64,000 nucleotides of DNA, taken from the NCBI GenBank assembly GCA_947632355.1, contig CANROY010000001.1, positions 2,040 to 66,039 of the forward strand. The letters run 5' to 3'. The translations under genes and the position numbers were made by a program. This stretch comes from an uncultured Bacilli bacterium (GTDB lineage Bacteria > Bacillota_I > Bacilli_A > RF39 > UBA660). Every line of letters starts with the position of its first letter. The first letter of the stretch is position 1. This document shows, piece after piece, positions 9,120-18,942 of this stretch. The notes beneath the pieces were generated by a model. The model was not told the origin of the DNA. It saw nothing but the letters and a program-made list of their open reading frames with translations, and made no database searches.

Positions 9120-9210
9120 GTAGATTTTAGAACGAGCAAACAACCACGTTTGCTTTTTCTGTGTTATACTATAGTTAATTAAAACGAATTTAACAGAAAG
9201 GACTAAAGTT

Positions 9211-10092
9211 ATGGAACTAATTCAAGTTGGAGAAAAAACATATTACATTAAAAATCCTACCAATATCGGAATTTATCAAGTAGATGAAAAAAACGTTTAT
9301 CTTATTGATTCCGGTAATGATAAAGATGCCGGAAAGAAAATTCTAAAAATACTAGAAGAAAAAAATTGGCAAGTAAAAGGAATTATTAACACCCATTCTA
9401 ATGCTGACCATATTGGAGGAAATAAAGTGATTCAAGATAGAACCAATTGCGCTATTCTTGCTTATAACATAGAAAAATGTTTTACGGAATATCCTATTTT
9501 AGAGTCATCCTTCTTATATGGTGGATATCCTTTTAAAGAACTGCAAAACAAATTTTTACTTGCTAAAGAATCGACTGTATTACCAATAGAAAATCATTTA
9601 CCTGATGGTCTAGACTATTTTGTATTAAAAGGACATTTCTTTGCTATGATTGGTATTAAAACAAGTGATAATGTTTACTTCTTAGGAGATGCTTTATTTA
9701 GTGAAGAAACGATTAACAAATACCATCTTTTCTTTCTTTATGATGTCCGTGAATACTTAAATACTCTTGATTTTTTATCTACTTTAAATGGTACTTTGTA
9801 TATTCCTTCTCACGTTGAAGCAATCAATGACCTAAGCAATTTGATTACTTTAAATAGAAAGAAAATAAAAGAAGTTTTAGATAAAATTCAAGACATTTGC
9901 CAAGAAGAAATAACGTTTGAAGAATTAGTCCAAAAACTATTTAACGCCTATCATTTAGAAATGAATTTAAATCAATATTTCTTAATTGGAAGTACTATAA
10001 AATCTTATTTATCCTATTTAAAAGATGAAGAGAAAGTAGAATACATATTCAAAGGAAATAAGATGTATTGGAAGCAAAAAGCAAGCAATTAA
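9211..10092 (+). CDS. MBL-fold metallo-hydrolase
   Basis: THSNADHIGG (HxHxDH) metallo-beta-lactamase motif. Confidence 0.8.
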   Translation: MELIQVGEKTYYIKNPTNIGIYQVDEKNVYLIDSGNDKDAGKKILKILEEKNWQVKGIINTHSNADHIGGNKVIQDRTNCAILAYNIEKCFTEYPILESSFLYGGYPFKELQNKFLLAKESTVLPIENHLPDGLDYFVLKGHFFAMIGIKTSDNVYFLGDALFSEETINKYHLFFLYDVREYLNTLDFLSTLNGTLYIPSHVEAINDLSNLITLNRKKIKEVLDKIQDICQEEITFEELVQKLFNAYHLEMNLNQYFLIGSTIKSYLSYLKDEEKVEYIFKGNKMYWKQKASN

Positions 10093-10116
10093 AAAGCCCT
10101 TTTGGACTTTTTTGCT

Positions 10117-11625
10117 TTAAAATAAAGGTGCAAATAATCGTAAAATGGCTTGCCACAAAGATTTAAGAAATCCTGATTTTACATCCTTATCTTGTAATTC
10201 TTGACATTCTTTAAAGGTTGTTTCAAAATCTTTATAAATCTCTTTTATCGCATTGACTTCTTCCATATAAATACCATTTTCAAAATGTAAGTATAAACTA
10301 CGATAATCCATATTAATGGTTCCAACAACGGCTCTTATATCATCCGAAACAAATACTTTGGAATGCACAAATCCTTTACGAAACTTAAATATCTTTACAC
10401 CGTTATCATGTAGTACTTTAAAGAAAGAGACAGTTTGCGTATAAACAATTTTCTTATCAGGAATTCCCGGCACTAAAATGCGTACATCCACTCCCCTTTT
10501 TGCAGCACGGCATAAAGCGTTTACCATATCCGTATCTATAATTAAATAAGGTGTCATAATATACAAATACTTTTTCGCACTATTAATCATATTGATATAG
10601 ACATCTTCTCCAATTAAATCTTTATGTAGTGGAGCAACCCCATAAGGAATGACATACCCATTTTCTTCTCTTTTAGCAAATGTGTATTTAAACTTGGTAA
10701 TGTCTTTATCTTCATTGCGATTGGCATTCCATAGTGTTAAAAACATCACCGTTAAATTCCAAATGGCATCTCCAACAATTTTTATACCATTGTCTTTCCA
10801 TACACCATATTTACTATTAATATTGATATACTCATCACTTAAATTTACACCACCTGAAAAAGCAACTGCACCATCAATAATCGTCATCTTGCGATGGTCT
10901 CGATTGTTCATAAATATTCCTTTAAAAGGACTTAACTTATTAAATGGTATACATTTAATATTAAACTTGGCTAGTTCTTTTGAATAATCTGGTTTTAGCA
11001 TAGCAATACTACCCATATCATCATATAAAATACGGACCTCTACACCTTCCCCTGCCTTTTCCTTTAAAATATCCAAAATCCCATTCCACATAACCCCTTC
11101 ATTAATAATGAAGTATTCCATAAAAATAAACTTCTTGGCTTTCTTTAGTTCCTTTAATAATTCTGGATAAAACAATTCTCCATAAGGATAATACGTAATG
11201 TCATTATTTTTACTCACAACAAAATTGGTTCGATTGAGTAAATAAGAAATGTTATCCAATCCCCTATCCTCTACTTCTTTTTTTATCTTTTCGTCTTGTA
11301 CAAAATCTGAACTGTATTTTTTTTCATAAGCAAAAATATTTCTTAACAATTTGTTTTTAGAATAATTTCTTCCCAATGTAATTAATAAAATCGTCCCAAA
11401 AATAGGAAAGATTAAAATAAGAATAATCCAAGGTAAATCATTGGATAGTCTTGTACTTTCTTTTAAAATCCCCAGTACAATTAAGATACTTGCTAAACTA
11501 TAAAAAAGTGTAATGAGTCCTAAATACTTATAAAAAAATAAACGAATTAAAATAGAAAATCCAAATTGTAAAAGGACTCCAAGTACAACAATAGCTCCTC
11601 TTTTTACTGCATTTAACATAGCCAT
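10117..11625 (-). CDS. cls: Cardiolipin synthase
   Basis: Two PLD HKD motifs (HRKMTIIDG; HSKVFVSDD); N-terminal 2 TM helices. Confidence 0.9.
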   Translation of the reverse strand: MAMLNAVKRGAIVVLGVLLQFGFSILIRLFFYKYLGLITLFYSLASILIVLGILKESTRLSNDLPWIILILIFPIFGTILLITLGRNYSKNKLLRNIFAYEKKYSSDFVQDEKIKKEVEDRGLDNISYLLNRTNFVVSKNNDITYYPYGELFYPELLKELKKAKKFIFMEYFIINEGVMWNGILDILKEKAGEGVEVRILYDDMGSIAMLKPDYSKELAKFNIKCIPFNKLSPFKGIFMNNRDHRKMTIIDGAVAFSGGVNLSDEYININSKYGVWKDNGIKIVGDAIWNLTVMFLTLWNANRNEDKDITKFKYTFAKREENGYVIPYGVAPLHKDLIGEDVYINMINSAKKYLYIMTPYLIIDTDMVNALCRAAKRGVDVRILVPGIPDKKIVYTQTVSFFKVLHDNGVKIFKFRKGFVHSKVFVSDDIRAVVGTINMDYRSLYLHFENGIYMEEVNAIKEIYKDFETTFKECQELQDKDVKSGFLKSLWQAILRLFAPLF

Positions 11626-11684
11626 ACTTCCTTTTCTCTTTTTATTATAGCAAAAAGTTTTTGAAACGAAAAATAAATTATACT

Positions 11685-11718
11685 AAAAAATGATTTCACT
11701 GAATAAGCAAAATTATTT
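11685..11718. repeat. ~34-bp element AAAAATGATTYCACTGAWAAGCAAAATYATTT (copy 1) at the 3' end of the ABC exporter gene
   Basis: Near-identical copy at 15354..15388 at the 3' end of the collagen-like gene; the two copies flank the ABC exporter pair; imperfectly palindromic. Confidence 0.6.
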
Positions 11719-13437
11719 AGTCATAAATAACTTAAAATATTTTCCTTTTAATTTCAATAGTTCATTATGAGTTCCCATTTCTACAATATGTTTGTCTTCA
11801 ATGAATATTATTAAATCTGCTTCCTTAATAGTATTTAATCTATGGGCAATAATAAATGCAAACTTTCCTTTAAGTAGTGATTTATTTGCTTCAATGATAT
11901 TTTGTTCAAACTTAAAATCAAGATTAGAAGTTACTTCATCTAATATCACAATATCACCATTTTTAAGTATTGCTCTTGCATAACTTAATAATTGTTTCTC
12001 CCCAAAAGACAATAAATCTGTTTTTGCATTTATAATTGTGTCATATCCGTTTGGCAAAGAGGATATTTTCTTATCTAATCCTAATTGATTACAAACATTT
12101 TTTATTTCCGCAAATTGAATTTTATCCAATCCATAAGAAAGATTTTCCTTTATAGACATATTTAATATAACGGGTTCTTGAAAAACATAGGATATATTTT
12201 TTCTAAGTTGATTTAGTTTATAATTTTTATAATCTATACTATTAATTAAAATTTCACCATCTAATAATTCATAAAATCTAGGAATCAAATTCACAAATGT
12301 AGTTTTACCAGAACCACTTTTTCCTACTATAGCAATAGTCATAGGCTTATCAATGTTTAAATTAATATTTTCAAGAATTATATTTTCATTATCATAACTC
12401 ATTTTAACATTTTTAAATTCCAAACTTTGCACTTCATTTAAATTTTTAGTACCCATATCGTTTTCTTTTGACAAATTAGTAATTTTAAATATTCTTAAAA
12501 AAGCATTATACTTGTTAAGTATGCCATGCGTATGACTTAATAAATTTTGCATATGGTCATTTATATCATTTATATAATCAATTAATAGCATTATGGTTGA
12601 TGCAACACCAACACCCATTATTATTTCATTACCACCTATAATTAAGGTGATAATTATTGCAAAAAAAGTTAATAAAGTAAAAAATGATGTATGCAAAGCT
12701 AAAATTTTATTTGTTTTTAAATATTTTGATTTACTTTTCTCTAGTAGATTTTTTATTTCATCCATATTTATTTCTTCAAGCCTTAATGTCTTAGTAGTTG
12801 AATAACTTTCAATATATTCATTTATTTTTCCTTGTAAATCAAGTATAGTTTTTAATATTTGTTGATAGTTTTTCATATTTGCATTATAAAATGGCCAAAG
12901 AATTACATAAGAAATTATGAATATTCCAATTATAATTAAAGATATTTTAAAATTAATAAACATCATTATTATAGAAATCACTAGTATACTTCTTAATCTT
13001 ACTGCAAATATGCCAGTAAAATTCCAAATAAATAGTTGACTAGCATTAAAACTTTGGTTTGTAGTTAGTTCTAACAAATTTCCTGTTTGAATTTTATCAA
13101 GTTCACTTACATTAGTATATTGTAAAGCACTAAATATTTTACTTTTAATTTGCTTATCGTTATCATAGTAACAAATTTTTCTTTTTGTTTCTGTATAATA
13201 ATCAAATGCAAATCGAATTACTATAATGATTAGTAATATTCCTGATAAAACACACACCATTTTCAAATTTTGGTTTGGCATATAGTTATCTACTACCAAT
13301 GATAATATTACTTGATAAAATAATAAATATGGTAGTGAACTAACAAATAAAATACTAGCGATTTTGATAGTTTTTCTTTGATTGGTAGTAAAATGAAACA
13401 TTTCTTTTAAAGATTTCTTATTAAGCATAATCATCAC
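11713..13437 (-). CDS. ABC transporter ATP-binding/permease fusion protein (type I exporter half)
   Basis: 6-TM N-terminal domain plus NBD (GKSGSGKTT; LSFGEKQLLSYARAIL; ILDEVTSNLD). Confidence 0.85.
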   Translation of the reverse strand: MMIMLNKKSLKEMFHFTTNQRKTIKIASILFVSSLPYLLFYQVILSLVVDNYMPNQNLKMVCVLSGILLIIIVIRFAFDYYTETKRKICYYDNDKQIKSKIFSALQYTNVSELDKIQTGNLLELTTNQSFNASQLFIWNFTGIFAVRLRSILVISIIMMFINFKISLIIIGIFIISYVILWPFYNANMKNYQQILKTILDLQGKINEYIESYSTTKTLRLEEINMDEIKNLLEKSKSKYLKTNKILALHTSFFTLLTFFAIIITLIIGGNEIIMGVGVASTIMLLIDYINDINDHMQNLLSHTHGILNKYNAFLRIFKITNLSKENDMGTKNLNEVQSLEFKNVKMSYDNENIILENINLNIDKPMTIAIVGKSGSGKTTFVNLIPRFYELLDGEILINSIDYKNYKLNQLRKNISYVFQEPVILNMSIKENLSYGLDKIQFAEIKNVCNQLGLDKKISSLPNGYDTIINAKTDLLSFGEKQLLSYARAILKNGDIVILDEVTSNLDFKFEQNIIEANKSLLKGKFAFIIAHRLNTIKEADLIIFIEDKHIVEMGTHNELLKLKGKYFKLFMTK

Positions 13438-15193
13438 CTATATTATTTAAACTTAAATCATATAATTTTTTATAATTTTCAATATTTAATAATTCTTTAT
13501 GTGTTGAAAAATAGGCAGTTTTATTATCTAAAAATAATATTTTTTTAAATTGTGGTGCTAAGCTAACATTATGAGTAATAAAAATTTTTGTATTTTTGCT
13601 ATTCATATTACTTAATAAATTATCAAGAATTATTTTCTTATTCATTTTATCAATAGCACTAAATGAATCATCAAATATCATGATTGGTTTTTCCTTAGTA
13701 AATGCTCTTACTAAAACTAATCTTTGCCTTTGACCTTTAGATAAAGTTAAACCATTTTTTCCTAACATACTTTCATATTTTTTGTAAAATTTTTCTACAT
13801 CATCGTGAAAAGCAAATTCTTTAGATAAAGCTACCATTTCTTCATCCGACATATAAGGCATTAAAATTTTTATGTTTTCTGCAATGGTTTTAGAAAACAA
13901 ATAGGAATCCTGCAACAATAAACAAATAGTATCTCTAACATTTTGCTTATTCAAATCCCTAACTTCATAACCACCAATAGTAATGCTTCCTTCATACTCA
14001 TAAAAACCAACGAGAGTTTTTACTAAAATTGATTTCCCACTTCCTGTTGCACCTACAACTAAGACATTATCATTTGGATTGATACTAAAATTTAAATTAG
14101 TAAGTAATTTTTCGCCATTAACAAAAATAGTTGCATTTTTAAATACTATCTTTGAGTTCGTTATTTTTAAATTATTATCTTTGTCTTCTAAAGTTAAATT
14201 TAATAATTCATTTAAACGAATATAAGAAATGGCAAAAGAATTTATACATTCAAACATTTCACCAAACGATTGAAAACCTCTTCCTATTTTATTTGAGTAA
14301 CTAATCGTAACATAAATGCTACCTACAGATATAATACCTTTTATATATAAAAAGGTCCCTAAAATAAATATAAAAGGATTTTGAACTTTATTAATATTAG
14401 TTACAGTCATATTATAAACTGCATCAGTAACAACTTTTTTCTTATTAGCAATAAAATTATTTTGATTCACTTGTTCGAATCTTTCTATTTCTTTTTCTTG
14501 AAGATTATTAACTTTGATAAATTTAAAATTCGAATAATTATCATCAATTTTATCATATAATTTTCTTCTTGCTTCAATTCGTTCCTTAACAATTGGTCTA
14601 GATTTTCTAAATAACCAAATAGATAATAAAATCATAATAGAAGCAGAAATTAAAATGATACACGATAAACTAATATCTAATTTAGATAATTGTGCAATAG
14701 CAAATATTAGGATTAAAATTATATCTAAAAGATATGTTAATTGTTTATCAATAAAAGTAACTATACCATTAACATCATCCGCTATATTTTGTATTAAATC
14801 TGCTAATGATTTTTTATAAAACTCTTGATAAGTTAAATTCTGTATATGATAAAATAATTTTTGTTTTATATTGAATTGAAATTCCTGAATTATTTTATTT
14901 TTTAACATAGTTCTATAATAAGTTATAAATATAAGAAGTAATTCTATTAATAGAAGCAATAAACACATTGTAGGTATAAATGACAATTTGCCATTAAATA
15001 GATTTAAAAAGATTTCAATTACATTATTATGAACTTTTTCTTTTAACAAAATATCTAGAAAATATTGAATTATTACAGGTATAAATGTTGTTAAATATGC
15101 AATTAGCATACTAAAAACTATATATAAAATAATTCTAAATTTTGTATTTTTAAAACTTTTAATAATCAAATTAAACGACTTCACTATTATCAC
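13421..15193 (-). CDS. ABC transporter ATP-binding/permease fusion protein (type I exporter half; heterodimer partner)
   Basis: TMD plus NBD (GATGSGKSIL; LSKGQRQRLVLVRAF); 17-nt overlap with the downstream partner. Confidence 0.85.
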   Translation of the reverse strand: MIIVKSFNLIIKSFKNTKFRIILYIVFSMLIAYLTTFIPVIIQYFLDILLKEKVHNNVIEIFLNLFNGKLSFIPTMCLLLLLIELLLIFITYYRTMLKNKIIQEFQFNIKQKLFYHIQNLTYQEFYKKSLADLIQNIADDVNGIVTFIDKQLTYLLDIILILIFAIAQLSKLDISLSCIILISASIMILLSIWLFRKSRPIVKERIEARRKLYDKIDDNYSNFKFIKVNNLQEKEIERFEQVNQNNFIANKKKVVTDAVYNMTVTNINKVQNPFIFILGTFLYIKGIISVGSIYVTISYSNKIGRGFQSFGEMFECINSFAISYIRLNELLNLTLEDKDNNLKITNSKIVFKNATIFVNGEKLLTNLNFSINPNDNVLVVGATGSGKSILVKTLVGFYEYEGSITIGGYEVRDLNKQNVRDTICLLLQDSYLFSKTIAENIKILMPYMSDEEMVALSKEFAFHDDVEKFYKKYESMLGKNGLTLSKGQRQRLVLVRAFTKEKPIMIFDDSFSAIDKMNKKIILDNLLSNMNSKNTKIFITHNVSLAPQFKKILFLDNKTAYFSTHKELLNIENYKKLYDLSLNNIGDDYA

Positions 15194-15353
15194 TTCCTAA
15201 ATAGATATCAAATATATATAATACATTATACCAAAATTTTTTTATTTTCTAATAGATTCTTACTATAAAATCGTAACTTCATTTAATCGTTTTTTATATT
15301 TTAGTCAAGAAATTATAGAATAATTTATTTGATTATTAATACTATTTTATATA

Positions 15354-15388
15354 AAAATGATTCCACTGATAAGCAAAATCATTTTATT
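15354..15388. repeat. ~34-bp element (copy 2) at the 3' end of the collagen-like gene
   Basis: See 11685..11718. Confidence 0.6.
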
Positions 15389-16413
15389 TTTTGAATAAAA
15401 ATCGTGACGGCTTGACTTGCAAAAGAAGATTCCGTATTTAATTCATCAATGCTTGGACTTGTTACAATAATCGGATACTTTCCGGTATTTATAATTTCAA
15501 ACCATTCATTTGGTGTAGTTAAATTCACGTATCCTGTTGCAACAAGTAGAGTTGGTGTATTGGGATTTCCAATAACGGAATTGCCAACATAAATTGTTGG
15601 TTCTTCTACAATTCCTACTTTTTTAAGACCAACTGAAATAACATTATAACCAGGTTGGGCACTCACATTTACCGTTGTTTTCGCTTGTACTAAAATATCA
15701 ATACGATAAATCCCAGGATTATAAAAAGTTAAGGTACTATTACGGTCGCTAAAGTAGTAATTGTTATCGGTATCTAATGTTTCTATCGCAATAGGAATGG
15801 AATAACCAGGCTTTACTTCTGTTCCATTTGGTTCAACATCTTCACTTGTGGTAATAAACATAGCAGATGGGATAGAAAGAGGTCCCGGAATTCCTTGTAC
15901 TCCCTGTTCTCCTTTTGGTCCTTGTGCTCCTGTTTTTCCGGTGGGTCCGGTAGGTCCTTGTTTTCCTTCAGGACCCGTTGGTCCAATACTTCCTTGTGGT
16001 CCACGAATCAAACCAACATTTTGCCAAGTTCCTGTCTCCTCCGACCAAACATATAAATATTCTCCAACCAAATAAGAATTTCCTTCTTCTCCTTTGGGAT
16101 GATTTTTTTCAAGTTCTGAAAAAGTATCAAAGTAGCCTAGAATCGTAACACTAGTTCCATCTTTTCCACAAGGTCCCGTTGGACCCATACTACCTGTTGC
16201 TCCAGATTCTCCTTGAGGTCCCTGAGGTCCCATTTTTCCTTCCGGTCCGGTTGGACCCATACTACCTTCTTCTCCTCTTGGTCCTTGTGGTCCTTGTGGA
16301 CCCATAGGTCCCGTTGGCCCTGTAATCGAACGAATACTTGTATAAACAAGAGGTGTTTTTTGTCTTTCCCTCACCTCTTCTACTTTTCTTAAGGCTTTTT
16401 CATAAGGATTCAT
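15379..16413 (-). CDS. Collagen-like triple-helix repeat surface protein with C-terminal globular domain (BclA-like architecture)
   Basis: Two Gly-X-Y blocks ([19 protein letters not shown]...; [28 protein letters not shown]...) separated by a ~45-aa spacer; ~170-aa non-collagen C-terminal domain; RBS GAGGAGG. Confidence 0.85.
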   Translation of the reverse strand: MNPYEKALRKVEEVRERQKTPLVYTSIRSITGPTGPMGPQGPQGPRGEEGSMGPTGPEGKMGPQGPQGESGATGSMGPTGPCGKDGTSVTILGYFDTFSELEKNHPKGEEGNSYLVGEYLYVWSEETGTWQNVGLIRGPQGSIGPTGPEGKQGPTGPTGKTGAQGPKGEQGVQGIPGPLSIPSAMFITTSEDVEPNGTEVKPGYSIPIAIETLDTDNNYYFSDRNSTLTFYNPGIYRIDILVQAKTTVNVSAQPGYNVISVGLKKVGIVEEPTIYVGNSVIGNPNTPTLLVATGYVNLTTPNEWFEIINTGKYPIIVTSPSIDELNTESSFASQAVTIFIQKIK

Positions 16414-16533
16414 TAAAAGTTACCTCCTCTAGTGTATTGTATGTAAAAAACTTTTTATCGTAAATAACATATGTTTAGAAAAGAAGCATAAACTAAATTA
16501 GTCAATACTTTTTTTCAAAACAAGGAAGAAAAT

Positions 16534-16562
16534 TTGACAAATTCGTGTAAACCTGCTATAAT
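16534..16562 (+). promoter_or_regulatory. Consensus sigma-A promoter TTGACA-17-TATAAT
   Basis: Perfect -35 TTGACA (16534-16539), 17-bp spacer, perfect -10 TATAAT (16557-16562). Confidence 0.8.
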
Positions 16563-16568
16563 GTAGGC

Positions 16569-17057
16569 ATGTGGTGCATTATTCTAGTCACCAAAATAAT
16601 ATGAAGATAGGGCTAAAAATCTATCAATTGTGCGAAGGCACTTTATATATTCTGCTTTCTTCGCCCAGAGGAGGGTGGATATATAATTTAAGATTTAAGG
16701 AAAGTTATAATGGCATATAACCAACCTCCTTTTATCGATGCAAAGAAACGATTAAAGCACATGTCGTGCGTGGTAATGTGGGATATCTTTTGAAAACATT
16801 ACTGCAAAAGCGAATAAGTATTAGAATGGGTGTTTGGGAAAACCTCTAGAGTGTCAACATCACAAAGATTAAGGTACGGACTAAGTGGCAATCGAGTAAT
16901 TAAAATGGTGACATTTAATTATTTTCCATAATGAGAAATCACCTTAGGGTAACCGAAGGCGAGAAAATAGAGAAATTCAACTCGACCTAAGCCGTAAAAT
17001 TAATTTGTGAGAAACCACTTTTAAGTTGTATAGAAAAGTTCTTCGGAACTTTTTTTC
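16569..17057 (+). ncRNA. Candidate ~490-nt structured non-coding RNA (or long cis-leader) of unknown class
   Basis: Consensus promoter upstream; no ORF over 30 codons on either strand; locally GC-enriched (~38% vs ~20% for neighbouring intergenic DNA); ends in a clean UUCG-tetraloop terminator (17034..17057) 19 nt before the next gene. Confidence 0.5.
17034..17057 (+). terminator. Rho-independent terminator AAAAGTTC-TTCG-GAACTTTT followed by T-run
   Basis: 8-bp stem, UUCG loop, T7 tail. Confidence 0.8.
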
Positions 17058-17075
17058 TAATAAAGCGAGGTTACT

Positions 17076-17588
17076 ATGAAAAACAAATGGATTCTACAAG
17101 TCTTTCTTATTTCTTTTGTATTAGCAATGGTTTTTAGTGGATTATCCTCTTCTCTTTCTGATTTAAATATAATTCTATTAATTCTAGTTTTAGTTTTCGT
17201 TATTTCAATTGGAATTGTATTTGATATGATTGGGGTTGCCACACTAACAGCCAAAGAAGCACCTTTTCACGCTAGGAATTCTAAAAAAATAAAGGAAGCC
17301 TCTGCTTGTCTTTATCTAATTAAGAATAGTACGAAAGTTTCTAGTATATGTAATGACATAGTGGGAGATATTTGTGGTATCATTAGTGGTAGTTTAGGTG
17401 CTACCCTAACCCTATACTTAACTATGAAAACGAATATTCCAATTTTAATAGCAACGATTCTTGTGACTTCACTAATTTCTTCTTTAACTGTTGGAGGAAA
17501 AGCCTACTTCAAAACCATTGCCATGAAACAAAGTGATGCCATAGTGTTAATGGCTGGTAAAGTTGTCCATTTATTTAAAAGGAAATAA
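17076..17588 (+). CDS. Hypothetical integral membrane protein (4-5 TM)
   Basis: 170-aa hydrophobic ORF, RBS GAGGT; no family recognised. Confidence 0.6.
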   Translation: MKNKWILQVFLISFVLAMVFSGLSSSLSDLNIILLILVLVFVISIGIVFDMIGVATLTAKEAPFHARNSKKIKEASACLYLIKNSTKVSSICNDIVGDICGIISGSLGATLTLYLTMKTNIPILIATILVTSLISSLTVGGKAYFKTIAMKQSDAIVLMAGKVVHLFKRK

Positions 17589-17726
17589 GTTCAAAATACA
17601 TATTCAATATAAAAGCAATACATAATATTTTACAAGTATTGTTTTTTTATTATTGATTGGTTTTATATTTTCAAAATAAAATCTTTATGTTACAATAAAC
17701 GTAAGAAAATAGAAGTGGAGTAAAAT

Positions 17727-18911
17727 ATGAAAAAAAGAAAGATTAGAACGATATGGATTGTAGCATTCCTTGTTCTATTATTAGGAACATTATCTGTTTA
17801 TTTTGTGGAAAGTTTTCGTACGACAGAACCACAAAATCCAACCCCTACCCCTACGGAACCTACACCTGTAGAAGATCCAAGAAAGGAATATGATGTTTCC
17901 TTGGTAATGGTTGGAGATGCTTTATATCACTCAGGTGTGTACAAGGATGGTTTACAAAGTGATGGTACCTACAACTTTGATAGTCAACTAGCAGATGTTA
18001 CCCCTATTATTAAAAACTATGATTTAGCCTACTACAATCAAGAAACCATTCTTGGTGGAACAGAACTTGGTTTATCCAACTATCCAAGATTTAATTCTCC
18101 TCAAGAAGTTGGAGATGCGTTTTTAAAAACGGGATTTAATTTAGTAAGTCTTGCTACCAATCATACAATGGATAGAGGAGAAACCGCCATTTTAAATTCT
18201 GTAAGTTATTGGAGAGAAAAAGAAAATGTTATGACCGCCGGAAGTTATGATTCTTTTGAAGACCGTGCAAGAAGTCATATCGGAGAAAAAAATGGAATTA
18301 CCTATGCATTTTTATCTTATACGTATGGTACCAATGGTATACCTGTACCAAATGGAAAAGAATATTTAGTAAACTTATTTGATAAAGAAACCGTTCAAAA
18401 AGATATTGAAGAAGTAAGAGATAAAGTAGATATCGTAATGGTCGCTATGCACTGGGGAGTTGAATATACCCATACACCAACGAAAGAGCAAAGAGACCAA
18501 GCTCAATTTCTTGCTGATTTAGGTGTAGATATTATTATTGGTTCTCATCCACATGTTATTGAACCTATTGAACATATTGGTAAAACAGTTGTTATTTACT
18601 CTTTAGGAAACTTTATTTCTGGACAAGATGGTTTAATGAAACGTATTGGCCTACTTGCTTCCTTAGATATTCATAAAGTCGTAGAAAACGATACAACAAC
18701 CATTAGTATTGACAATGTAAGAGGAGATTTACTTTACACATATCATAATGGTGGATATCGTAAATTTAGAGTTATTCCTTTCTATAAATTAACGAATGAT
18801 TTACTTCCAAACTACAAAAGCATTCAAGAAGAATATGAAGCCATTCTAAATAAAAATGATGACACAATAAAAGTGGGTACAAGAACTCTTGAAGAAGAAG
18901 CAAGCGTATAA
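17727..18911 (+). CDS. CapA-family protein (poly-gamma-glutamate biosynthesis/metallophosphatase-like), membrane-anchored
   Basis: N-terminal TM; MVGDALYHSGVY and GSHPHVIEPIEH motifs of the PGA_cap/MPP family. Confidence 0.8.
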   Translation: MKKRKIRTIWIVAFLVLLLGTLSVYFVESFRTTEPQNPTPTPTEPTPVEDPRKEYDVSLVMVGDALYHSGVYKDGLQSDGTYNFDSQLADVTPIIKNYDLAYYNQETILGGTELGLSNYPRFNSPQEVGDAFLKTGFNLVSLATNHTMDRGETAILNSVSYWREKENVMTAGSYDSFEDRARSHIGEKNGITYAFLSYTYGTNGIPVPNGKEYLVNLFDKETVQKDIEEVRDKVDIVMVAMHWGVEYTHTPTKEQRDQAQFLADLGVDIIIGSHPHVIEPIEHIGKTVVIYSLGNFISGQDGLMKRIGLLASLDIHKVVENDTTTISIDNVRGDLLYTYHNGGYRKFRVIPFYKLTNDLLPNYKSIQEEYEAILNKNDDTIKVGTRTLEEEASV

Positions 18912-18914
18912 AAA

Positions 18915-18941
18915 GTACATTTGGTGATGTACTTTTTTATT
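18915..18941. terminator. Bidirectional terminator between convergent genes
   Basis: AAAAGTACAT-TTGGTG-ATGTACTTTTTT. Confidence 0.75.
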
Positions 18942-18942
18942 G

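Noticed and set aside
15840-16350. Highly periodic GC-rich triplet repeats (GGTCC..) with overlapping ORFs on both strands (15848..16075+, 15813..16004-, 16137..16349-); considered CRISPR or other repeat array
   Set aside because: Period is 9 bp (Gly-X-Y codons) within the collagen-like CDS; the extra ORFs are shadow frames of the Gly/Pro-rich repeats, not spacers or repeats of a CRISPR.
16569-17057. Tried to assign the 490-nt RNA to RNase P, tmRNA, SRP/4.5S, 6S, T-box, glycine, SAM-I, lysine or cobalamin classes
   Set aside because: Conserved cores (GGAAAGUCC / ACAGAAAGUGCCAC for RNase P; 3' CCA plus tag ORF for tmRNA; GGUCCGGAAGGAAGCAGCC for SRP; GGGUGGNACCGCG for T-box; ACCGAAGGGGCAA only partially) are absent or incomplete, so the class is left unknown.
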